Shown one piece after another: positions 12,425 to 24,643 of a DNA stretch of 64,000 nt. The stretch is from Hemiscyllium ocellatum (Eukaryota). The stretch spans positions 29,538,370 through 29,602,369 of the forward strand of contig NC_083445.1 in the NCBI RefSeq assembly GCF_020745735.1, written 5' to 3'. The position numbers and the translations under genes were made by a program. A model generated the notes under the pieces. That model made no database searches. It saw only the letters and a program-made list of their open reading frames with translations, and had not been told where the DNA came from. How positions within the stretch are numbered: the stretch's first letter is position 1; every line of letters starts with the position of its first letter.

Positions 12425-13500
12425 GAATAAAAGAACAAAGTAAACAGGAGCAAGATTAGGCCAGTCATTCCCTCAAAACTGCTCACTCATTCAATTCTGT
12501 CATGGCTAATTAACATCTCAGTGCCATGTTCTTGTTACTTCCCGTAAGCTTTCATCCTGCATCTATCACCTTCTTTATGACATTCAACGCTTTGACTTCA
12601 ATTCTTTCTGTGGCATCGAATTCCACATTCCCTCCAATCTCTGTTGTGAAGAGGTTTCTCATCATCTTTGTCCTAAATGACCCTGCTGTATCCTTCGACT
12701 GTCACCCTTGCTTCTGGACAGCCTGGTAATCAGAAACATCCTTCCTGTGTTAACCCTGTCTTGTCCTGTTCGATGCTTGTAGGCTCTGAGATCCCCTTTC
12801 ATTCCCTCAACTCAAGTAAATATCATCCTAACCAATCTAATCTCTATTCAGACCTCATTCCTGTAATCACAGGAATCAGTCTGGTAAAGTTTTGTTACAC
12901 TCCGTCTGACACCAGGACATCCTTCCTCAGGTAAAGGAGACCAACACAGCACATAATACTTCAGGGTGGTCTCACCAAGACCCTGTACAATTGCAACAGG
13001 ACATGCCTGTTCCTGTACAACATCCCTCTCACTGTGAAGGCCAACATACCATTTCCCTTCTTCAGCCTGTGCTGCACCTGCCTGCTTCCTTGTCATGACT
13101 GGTGTACAGGGACACCAAGGACCCATTGTACCTCCCGCTTTCCCAATCACTCACCATCCAGGGAATAATGGTCTTGCCTGGTTTTGCTCTGAAAGTGGAT
13201 AAACACATATTTGTCGCCATTATAGTTCACCTGCCATGCATTTACTCACTCATTCACCATGTCCCAATCAGACTGAAGCTTCTCTGCATTCTCCTCCCAG
13301 CTCACCATCCCACCCAGCTTTGTGTCATCTGAAAGTTTGGAGAGTTTTATATCTAGTTCCTTCCACTAAATCATTACCACAGATTGTGAATAGCTGAACC
13401 CAAACACTGATGCTTGACACTATTCACTCTCGGTCATTGAGAAAAAAAAGTTTGTTCATTCCGACACTGTTTCCTGGCTTACAGCCAGTCCGCTATCCGT
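12425..13500 (-). mobile_element. CR1-type LINE 3' fragment
   Basis: Degenerate RT C-terminus (GLGETTLKYYVLCWSP) and a 3' tail near 12430. Confidence 0.6.
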
Positions 13501-14008
13501 GCCACTGGGGACAGTGTACTGACATGTGCTTTAGTTTTTTTTTCATGGAGCCTTATGGTTCCTGTTTAATAATCAAATGATAAATGAAAGTAAATTGAAA
13601 AGCCTATTTTTGACAAGTGCTTATCACTTCTCAAACGATCAGCAGTGTTTGGTTGTTCCGGGCTGACCAATAGGTCAGATTTGGCCAAGGGAAACATTAA
13701 TTCATTGGTGATTTGAAATGTCTACAACTCTTTCCATAGCGAATTCATAATAGGTATGGAGCTCCCAGAATAAAGAAAGTATAACTGGTGGGAAGGTGTA
13801 ACGTCTCATTACCAGTTGGATAGGTTGGTACTGTTGGTGCTGAATTCAGTCTTGCAGCATATGGGTTCCAATAGCTGAGTTTTTCCAGTATTACTGATCT
13901 CCTGATCAACATCGATCTCTGGTTGACAATTTTTGATGTTTGCTGTTCACTGATATCTTTGTATCAGATAGATCCCAGTCTGATTCCCGGGGAATTTGGC
14001 AGCTGTGG

Positions 14009-14349
14009 TGTGACAACATGGGTTCCTGGAATTTGTGCTCCATGTTACTTATGTGTTAGAAAAACTCCAGATTTAAGAATTAATTAACCCTGGTTTGTCC
14101 ATGTGTTGTCACTGTATTCCTCTCTGAACTTTAGACTTTTTGGCTGCTGAGTGTTTAACTAGTAAATCTTTGTGTTGAGATGTATCCATGACAAACCTAG
14201 GCTGGAGCGACTTTGGGAGTAGTTTTATGTTAGACAGAGTACTGTAAGCTTTCTAACTCTCTGGACTACCTTGTGATAGTCTCTGGCGGGGTCAAGCTCC
14301 TGACTTTTAACATTACTTCACCTTAGGCTCTGACCCTCGTGACATAACA
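14009..14349. repeat. Possible solo LTR (about 340 bp, TGT...ACA)
   Basis: TG/CA termini only. No TSD confirmed. Confidence 0.3.
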
Positions 14350-14619
14350 AGAACCATCGAAGATCTCCGTGTTGTCTGATCATTCCACCTCTGGAGTTTT
14401 CCATAAGAAATACCAAGCGAAAGATCGATTAACAAGAGTGGGACAAAGAGTGCCGAGCATTAACCCAAATGATTCGATAAAAGACAACCACATGTGACTG
14501 GGCAAATGCATCTGGCTTCGAAGGGAGTAGGGCACGACAATTTGGGACAGTATATCATTACTAATAGGCCTTCAAGAAAGGATGAAGCAAACTCAAGTTT
14601 CGTCCATAATCTTTTAAGA

Positions 14620-14625
14620 TTTATT
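14620..14625 (-). terminator. Candidate membrane-form poly(A) signal
   Basis: First AATAAA I noticed downstream of the TM2 stop (about 430 nt). Confidence 0.35.
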
Positions 14626-15054
14626 AACCATTTCAGAGAGTATTTTTTATCAAAAACTTATCTTAAAGTGAACAAAGTGAGTATAATGACTGGACGACAC
14701 ATTGAGATAAGAACACCTACGTTCGGAGCTGCTCATCTCATAGTTACTAGAAAAAGAAAATGAGGAATCAACACAAAGGTAGGAAATAATTCGGAACAAG
14801 GAAAAACAAAACACATTACAAATGGAGTTCAAACAATTAGAAGTTACAAGCTACAAATACATTCCAACTCTAATTACCTGAATGAATTCAAACAAAACAA
14901 AGCAAAACATAAAAGCCATTAATTACTTTCAGATTTAGATTCAAAAGTGAAGTTGTCTCATTGTTAAAGTCAACAGCAGCACATAATATACATTTGGAAT
15001 TCAGAGACTTCAATAATCAATGAGGCAAGTCTACGGGGTCCAAACGTCATCACA

Positions 15055-15063
15055 TTATTTTAC
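15055..15063 (-). CDS. IGHM: IgM TM2 exon coding part (VK*), completing the KVK cytoplasmic tail
   Basis: Acceptor ccctcttttacag|GTA AAA TAA, 139 bp downstream of TM1. Confidence 0.92.
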   Translation of the reverse strand, partial: VK

Positions 15064-18000
15064 CTGTAAAAGAGGGATAAAGTAATGATGCAAATGTTTA
15101 TGATCATGGCATTAATATTTCATTTTTTCTTCAAAGAAACTCTCAGAAATTTGACAAACCATGTTCGTCTGCTGGAAGTATGAATAATTGGATTATTCTC
15201 ACCTTCATCAGAGTGACGGCAGTGCTATAGGAAATACTCAGGAAGAACAGGGTGATGAATGTGGAAGCAGTTGTCCCAATGTTGCCATTATCATCCTCAT
15301 AGTCTTCAATCTGACTGCCATCTATCACATCTGCAAGAATAAAGCCGAAAACAAATAGTTAGATTATCTATTGATGCGGTCTGACATTTCTGTGTCTAAG
15401 CAATGTAACCAGGAATGGGTCCATCTTCTTCAAGCCATCAGGTTGATGTGAAATTTTACTCGATCTGTATCTATGATTGAGTCATTGACTCTCAGCAATA
15501 ACTTGCTATAACTAACTCCACAGCTTTAATTTACTATCCTGAATTTTCTCGTCAATCTATTATCGGGGAATATTATCATAGACTGACAACGATTATTTCA
15601 ATGATATTTTATAATTTAATTATAGGTACTGATAGCTGTTTACTTAAATACTGTGCCATCACTGGGTAAGAGCTCAAATGCATTTGCTCTTTTAGTTTAT
15701 TTATTTGGTAAATCATTAAAATCAATGAGATTCACAGTAAACACATTGCTTCATATTTTGTTTGCAGGGTGTGTATGCGTTCAGAATATTTTTTGCGCAT
15801 ATGTTACTTATTCATTTCTGTCTATAGCTGGTTTTATCTGTTTTTCCTTGATTGCTTGGGTACGTGATTACTTCGCATGTGTCCATGTTGGGATTGTGAT
15901 GAGTAGACACATTCATGTCCCTTCAGTGCTGGTGTGCTCATTCATCTGGTTGCGATTCTGTATATACATTTTGCTCATTTCACAATGTATAAGAGTCATT
16001 GTGTTAATCTCCCACTTCAGTCGTGGGTGCATATGTTTATGTTTTAATATCTTTGTGAATGTGTAGTTTGTTTTCTTTGTCTTGATGCCGTCTAAAAATG
16101 TTTATGCATCAAATTCAGATTTTACGTATGTCAAGGTCTTTTCATGTTTATGCTCTACAGCTGTGTTTTGTTAGTATAAACATCATGCTTTGATTGATAC
16201 TTTTATTTTCAATTTTTCAGTTTTCGCTGGGACTGCTATCTTGTAATTAAAAGTTGCTTATAATCTCTCAGTTCAGAACAGCATTCTCTCTCTCTCTCTC
16301 TCAAAGGTACAGTACATGCCTTCAACTTCATAACACCTAACCCCCATCAGAAAAAAATGGAACTTCATAATGAAAAGATGTCTTCTTTATTTCTCTAATT
16401 CTTAAACCCATTACTATGTAATATAAATGTCATTAATCTAAGTTATATTTTCTATATTCATTCCTGCACATGTACATAAAATTCGAATCAGTCAAATCTT
16501 ATCGACACTTTTTCCTTTAATTCCATGATGACACACCTGCTATCAAATTTTTATGACATGCAACATGCACAATCTGCAATGTAAAAGTCTGTAATACAAG
16601 ACTTCAATAAAATGGCCTCATATTTTTGTATTTACATCTTTCTGAGAATATAAGAGGATTGTGATTTGTGTACACAACCATCTCCAACACATGGTTCATT
16701 ACCTAAATATTAGAATGTTATAAGGCCAGTATCAAACTGAATAATTCCTTTTTCAGTGTAGAGTATCGTCTCTGGTGGGTGCTGCATTTATTTTAAAAGT
16801 AGCCAGTTAGCCATTCAATTTCATCATCATCATTCTGTCTCAGAACAGGTCCAACCCATACGTCACGAGCATCAATGGCAGCATTGAAGTGTTTCAAAAG
16901 GTTTTGGTGTATCTAAAACTGGTGCCGTAGTTACTACTGCTTTTAAATTGTCAAATGCCTCCTGGCATTATTCTGTCCACCGAAATATTGTGTTCTTCTT
17001 AAAACTGGTCAGCGGTACGACCACACTGCTGATATTTGGATCAAACTTCCGGCAGAATCCAAATGAAACCTCCACTTTCTTGGAGAATGATTGTGGAAAT
17101 GATCGATGGTCTTCATCTTCACGTTTGAAGATTAGACTTAGACTTACAGTGTGGAAACAGGCCCTTCGGCCCAACAAGTCCACACCGACCCGCCGAAGCG
17201 AAACCCACCCATACTCCTACATTTACCCCTTTTACCTAACACTACGGGCAATTTAGCATGGCCAATTCACCTGACCCGCACATCTTTGGACTGTGGGAGG
17301 AAACCGGAGCACCCGAAGGAAACCCACGCTGACACGGGGAGAACGTGCAAACTCCACACAGTCAGTCGCCTGAGTCGGGAATTGAACCCGGGTCTCTGGT
17401 GCTGTGAGGCAGCAGTGCTAACCACTGTGCCACCGTGCCGCCCACGTTCATTGGGTCAACTTTCCATGTCCAATGTTACGTAATAAAACGTCACATCTGC
17501 CTTCACCAATTCTGTTTTCTTTATATTTATTACCAGTTTTGCTTGTTGTAATTGTACAAAGAGCTTTGCTAACTCTCCCACATGATCTTTCTAAGACTCG
17601 CTAAAGATGAACTGAATAACTCTGTTCATGAGGCTTTGGAATGTGGCTGGTGCATTTCTCATTTCAAAGGGCATCACTTTGAAGTGATAGAGCATATTTC
17701 GGGTTGCAAACACAGAAACGTCTTTTGCATCCTCTGGAGAAAGTACCTGTCAATAACTATACAGTAAGTCCAGCTTTGCGATATTACCGGCTAGTCCAAC
17801 TTTCTCTACACAGTCGTCCAATCTTGGCACTGGATATGAGTCCAATTTTGTTCGGGCGTTGACCTCCTCTTAGTCCACACAAAATCATTGAGTGCCGTCA
17901 GGTTTGAGAACTGACACGATTGGTGAACTTCACATACTCTGACTTGGTTCAAAGATATCTTCATTGAGAATCGCATTCACTTCATTCTGCACCTGGGTGG

Positions 18001-21000
18001 CTTTGAAAGGATTCAGCCTGTAGGGGTTTTGTTTCATCAGAACAGCTTTCCCTTAATCTTCCTAATGCACAACAGCATTAATCCTTGCCATCTTCTTCCT
18101 ACATATATTCTCCTTGTGTTGCAACAAACCTTTTAACTGGGTTGTTAGCACCTGAGACAGATAGTTTGCTAACCATCCCATTCCTTAAGAACTTCCTCAT
18201 TATTTAACCTATTTTGAGGCACATCAAAACCAACTGCATGTGGATTTGGTTTCTCACTTTGTGCGGCAGTAACGAACATTTGCTTCTCCAGTCCCCCGTC
18301 TCTTTTAAGGGAAGGTTTCGATGTATTCACATGGCATATTCAATACAGTTTTGTTTTACCTTTCTGACATCTTCACCAGGTAGTTCACCTGAATCAACTT
18401 TGTCTCAATTTGATCGGGACCACAAAACCTGGCTTTGAAGGAACCTCCTACCACTGAAGAAATGTTTCAATTTTTGCCTGCTACTTGCTTCATTCGATAC
18501 TGTGTCCTCTTTAGGTGCTGTTTCTTAACTCACCTACCCGATTTAATCTCTTCCTCACTTCCAATACATAATCAAATTGTGAGATCTCTGAATTCGATCC
18601 TTTCAATCCTTCTTTAAGTAATTTCTAAGGACCCCTCACTTCATGTCCGAATATTTACTCAAAGAGAGTAAACTGAGGAGATTCATTTGGGGCGTATCTA
18701 ATGGCAAACAATACTAACGGGACACCTTTATCACAACCATTCAGATCATCCTGACAGTATGCTTTCAACATGGTCTTCAGTGTCTGAAGCCACCTTTCCA
18801 AAGCTCCCTGGGATTCAGGATGGTACACACTTGATTTAACGTGCTACATGCCTAAGCTATCCATAACCTCCTAAAGCAGCCTGGCAGTAAAATTAGATCC
18901 TTGGTCTAACTGAATCTCCCTGGGTAGCCCATGCTATGTCAAGTAAACCATTAGCTCCTCTCCACCTTTTTTGCCTTAATTCTCCGTAATAATCTGGAAA
19001 TCTGTTGGAGACATCCATTATGGTTAACAACTAGTTCCAACTTTTAGTTCTCGGGTGGGGACCTACACAATCAATTTTAACCCATGTGAAAGGTTCTTAA
19101 AATGGGGAATTGTCAACAAAGGTGCTGGTTTTATTACCAACTGCGGCTTACCTATCATTTAGCATGTATGACACGTAAAGCAAAACGCAAACACATCCTT
19201 GAGCTGTCCAGGCCAATAGAAGTGCTTTTGTAACTTAGCCTGAGTCGGCTGTGCATCTGGGTGACCTCCTACTAGTAATTCATTTGCAAGGCGTGACACT
19301 TCCTGTCTACATCCTACTGGCAACACACCCTGGTCCACTCTTGCCCATTTATTCTCTGCACTGAGCTGCTGTGGTCTCCATTTTCATCTTAGGGTGCTAT
19401 CTTGAAGATAATAAACCGCAGTAATATATTCTGATCCTTTTTCTGAGTATGTATCAATAAATATATTGTTAATTGTCTTGTCTTTGTTTTATAAGTACAT
19501 TACCCTTTGGGGACTAAACCTTTCTGTTTGACCCTCTGCCTGTTCAGGTTTTTGCTGCAACATTGCATCAAACAGGGTGTCCACTAACTGAACATCAAAT
19601 CCTTTAACTTTCGCTTTAGTATTTGATTTCTGTCTGTGCTCTATAAATAAATTCTACATATTTTGGAAATATTCCTGAGTATTCATCTTTTAAATCCCTT
19701 CATCCCTGGTTTTCCTTTGGCTTCTCCACAACAAAGGGCGTCACTCCCAAATTGGATCCTGTTCAGTAATTCCCAAGAACAAACTGGATTCCTGGAACTC
19801 TGGCAGTCATTCCCACTGTTACATCCCCAGTCTTGATTTGGCTCTCCAAACGGATTTACATTGATGAACGTTAAATCTCTGTCTAACTATTCCACAAATT
19901 ACCACTCTGTCGGGTAACAGATCAGAAATAGTGCAAATTTATTCATCTCTTAGCATGAGAGACTGATTAGCTCCTGTACCTCTCAAAATTATAACTTCTT
20001 TCTCATCTCCCCTGTTCTTCCTGAGTAAATGTTACCCACAAAGGCAAACTCTTTTAGAGATCAGGCACTAACTCCATACCCAGTCCCTGTCCATGCTGTG
20101 CACTCACATGAAGCTCCTCGACTTTCCTTGTGGTTTTCTTCACTACTTTCACTAATGGCACTGGCTTAGCTTCGTTTACCACATCTTTTCCCACAGTGCC
20201 TTTCTTTAACGACTACACTGTAATCCTATGCACCCCACCTTCTGGCAGTTTCAACACCTTTTGCCAGTTTCCTTTTGAAACCACCAACACTGCAATTTTC
20301 TGTGTCCCATTCCATTACAGTGAAAACACTCAAGGCCTTTCACATCGTTTGCAACACCTTGGCTTTCTTTTCTCACCTGTGGTAAACTCTTGCCAGTGTG
20401 ATCTAAGCTTTGTTTCTTCATATATGATCTCCCCTTCTCCCAATTTTTAACCCACACAGGATGAAATTCCTGTCAGTACCGAAATTCTAATTTGTCTACC
20501 AATGCATATTTATCTGCCATCTCTGCCATTCTTCTCACTTCTTGAACCTTATGTTCATAAACATGAATTCTTATCATCTCTGGCAGTGAGTTTTTAAAAT
20601 CTTCCAGCAGAATAATTTCTCTTACAGTCTCATAGGTCTGATCTACTTTTAAGGGGTGCACCCATCTACCAAATTGCAATGTTTAAATCTTCCACATTCA
20701 ACTTAAATCTGATCTGGTTCCTTCTTTATAGGACATAGCAAATAAAGCACAGAACAGTACAGTATTGTACAGCCCTTCAGCCCTTGATGATGAGCCAGCC
20801 TTCTATCCTACTTTAAGATCAGACCAACCGACATTCTTTCATTTTACTATCATCCACGTGCCTATGCAAGAGTCGCTTACATATTCCTAATATTTCTGAC
20901 TCTTACTACCAATGATGGCAGTGCATTCCACACACCCACCACTTCCTGTGTAAAGAACCTGACTCTGACATCTCCCCTAAACCTTCCTACGACATCTCCC

Positions 21001-24000
21001 CTAAACCTTCCTCAAATTATTTAAAAATATGTCCCCTCATGATAGACATTTCTGCCCAGGGAACAAAGCTATCTGGCTATGCCTCTCATCATCTTGTACA
21101 CCTCTATCAAGTTGCCTCTCATCCTTCCTTGCTCCAATAAGAAAAGCCCTAGCTCCCACAAACATTCTTCATACGACATGTCCTCCATTCCAGGCAGCAT
21201 TCTGGTAAATCTCCTTTGCACTTTCACTAACCCTTCCACATCTTTCCCGTCATGAGGTGACTAGAATAGAACATAATATTCCAAGTGTGGTCTAACCAGG
21301 ACTCTATAGGGCAGCAGTATAACCTCGTGGTTCTTAAAATCAATCTCCCTGCCAATGAAAGCCAACAAACTATGCACATTCTTCAAAATTCTATCAACGT
21401 GGATGATCACTTGGAGGGATCTATGGATGTGGAGCCCAATGTCCCTCTGTTCCTCCACACTACCAAGATTCCTGCCTTTAACCCAGTATTATGCATTCAA
21501 ATTTGAATTAATTGACACTTTTCTAGGATGATCACCATCTGCCACTTTTCTGTCCAGTTCTGCATCCTATCAATGTCTCAATACAACCTATAACAGCCCT
21601 CCACACTATCTGCCACTCCACCAACCTTCATGTCATCAGCAAACTCTCTAACCCACCCTTCCACTTCCTTATCCACGTAATTTATAAAAATCACAAAGAG
21701 CAGAGGTCCCAGAACAAATCTCTGCAGATCACCACTGGTCACCAAGCTCCTGGCTAAATACTTTCTATCTACTACCACCGTCTGTCCTCTGTGAGCCAGC
21801 CAATTCTGTATCCAGACAAGCAAGTTTCCCTGTATCCCATGCCTCCTTACATTCTGACTTAACCAACTGGCGGGAACCTGACCAAATTCCTGAATAAAAT
21901 CCATGTACACCATATCTACTGTGCTACATTCATCGAAGTGCTTTGGCACATCCTCAAAGAATTAATTAAGGTTTGTGAGACATGACCTGCTCCTCATAAA
22001 GCTATGCTGACTATCTCTAATCGTTTTCCAAGTAATCTGTCTCTCAGAGTACTCTCTGATTCTTTGCCCACCATTGACATAAGAGTGACTGGTCTGTAAA
22101 TCCCAGGATTATCCCTATTTCCTTTCTGGGGCAACAGAATAACATTTGCCACCCTCCAATCATCTGGCACTCCTCCAGCTGACAGTGAAGGTGCAAATAT
22201 TATCGCCAAATGTACAGCAATCTCTTCCCACACTTCCCGTAGTAACCTTGCGTATATCCCATCTGGCCCAGGTAATTTATCTATCCTTATGTTTTTCAAA
22301 ATTTCAGCACATCCTCCTTCCTCACATCAACCTGTTCTCGCGTATCAGTCTATCCCCACTACCCTCAGAAATGTCAAAGCCCCTCTCAATAGTGAATACT
22401 GCAGAGAGGTATTCATTGAGGACATCCCCTACATCGTCTGACTCCAGGTGCAAGTTCTCTCCATTATCGCTGAGTGGCCCTAACCTCAGTCTAGCCATCC
22501 TCTATTTCCTCACATACGTGTAGAATGTCTCAGGGCTTTCCTTAATCCTACCTGCTAAAGCTATTTAATGCGCCTTTCCAGCTCTCTTAAGTCAATTCTT
22601 CAGTCCCTTTCTGGCTACCTCGTAACACTTTCAAGCGCTGGCTGATCGTTGCTTCCTCAGAATTAACGAAGCTTACTTCTTCCTGTTTACTAGATGTTTC
22701 ACACCCCTAGTCACACAAGGTTCCTTCACCTTCCCATTCCTACCTTGCCTCAGTAGGACAAAACTATCCAGCACTGTCAGCAGGTGCTTCCTAAACACCT
22801 CCACGTTTCTGTCATGCATTTCCCTGAGAACATGTTTCCCAATTTAGGTGCCTCAGTTCCTCCCTAATGGCTTTGTAATTCCCCCTCCCCAATTAAATAC
22901 TTACTAATTGTATCTGCTCCTATCCCCTTCAAGAGCCTCCTAAATGTCATGGAGTTCTGATCACTATCCCGAAAATGCTCTGCCCCCGAGAGACCTGACA
23001 CCTGAACATCTGAACCCCCACCTAAACGCTTCTATTACTAATTCATAAGCATTCAAAAACAGCCTTTTTGACATCTGCATAATCTCTTGATCCCTCATCT
23101 GACAGTGCTGCAAATACCTCACTAGCTCTTCCAACCAGCTTAGTCTGAACTAACATTATTGACAAGTTCTCTGACCACTCTATCTGCATAACCAATTTTT
23201 CAAATGAAATTTAACAAAAAGTTTCAACATTTTCTGATCAAAATGTGGCAATCTTTTAACATACTTGTAAATATTAGTAGCTTCCTTCATCTTCATCTTG
23301 TTAACTTGAGGTTCCTGACTGATTAGCAATGTCTGAATTTCAAAGTCTCTCTCCCTTTCTTTTCTTCCTCCTTATCTTTGCTCAGCCACGAAATTTCTCT
23401 CACTTTCTTTATCTTCCCATCCCATTTGCCTCAATTGAATTTTTTTTTCTGACTCTACTGCACTTGCCTGTTTCTCTGATATACCTAAGTGCATGATCAA
23501 CTCCATCATAACGTCAGCTTTTCTTTGTCCCTGGTTAAACCCAATTTGGTCATTCCAAAAATATATCTTGCTCTGTTTTCATAAACTTTCTTGAAAAATT
23601 TGGGAAACATCTTCAAACCCCAGAAACTTCTGAGCAATATTATAAGCCATTTCCCTCACTTTTAATTTAGCCAACCAGAAGTAACCGAAATGAAGGAAAT
23701 TTTCTAACCTAAGTTTTATTTAAAGATGTAGGACATAAATTGACAAGTATTTAAATATGCTTGAATCTTTCACACCCCAAATCTGGTCAAACCTGTCAAA
23801 CTCCATGACTGGATTTATCAAAGCCTGTCCAAATCTCGAGCCGAAACTCCCATACCTGTTCCAGCATAGCAGTAAACCCTTCTGTTTATTAAACCAAACA
23901 TCCAGAAGCAACTCGCCTTGCTTCATGATCTGATAAAATATGAGTAGCAGTGAACTCTTAAATTCCACAATTTAAAGAAAATAACATCAATTAATTTTTA

Positions 24001-24606
24001 ACTGAGCATCAAACAACAACTATTCAGAACTCGAAGCCGCCCTTCACTTAACTGCTTACTATCTGCCTCCAACAATATGCTGCACCAACAAGACACTTAC
24101 TAAAATTACATCAGCTTAATTTCAAAACCACACAGTCGCTGTCTCCTTCTGTGTCTTCACTCTTCCAGTTGCTGATTTCTTTCTTTTGTCTTCTTTCTTT
24201 TTTAATCAGAGTAAGTTTCACTTGGAAAGGTCCTTTTCAGAGAGAGTGCTTTCGAATTTCATTGACAACAAGGTGTTAGGTGGGCAATTATCTCTCGATG
24301 AGTTTCTCTCTCCACAGCAGTTGCCGTCTGACCAATTCTCAGAATGTTTACATTTTATACCTCCCAAAATCAGATCATTTCATTGGTTCAATGTTAGCAA
24401 TGCAACACATTCAAACTGTACTGCCTTTATGATCCTGGGGCATAATTATTACTGATTGGTTTAATTTGAATTGTTGTCAAAACAGCAACAAAAAACCCTC
24501 AGGTATCCATTTCACAGCCAAACATAACATATTTTCAATTTTCTAGTAAACTCTGGGACTATCCTTTAGTCATGTACACAGGGGCTTGTAATCTCTCAGT
24601 TCAGAG

Positions 24607-24643
<37 letters not shown>

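Noticed and set aside
17360-17443. tRNA gene
   Set aside because: It is the tRNA-derived head of an HE1 SINE. No stand-alone tRNA or rRNA gene was recognised in the window.
20966-21013. 24-bp tandem duplication (GACATCTCCCCTAAACCTTCCT)
   Set aside because: Ordinary slippage inside a CR1 3' region.
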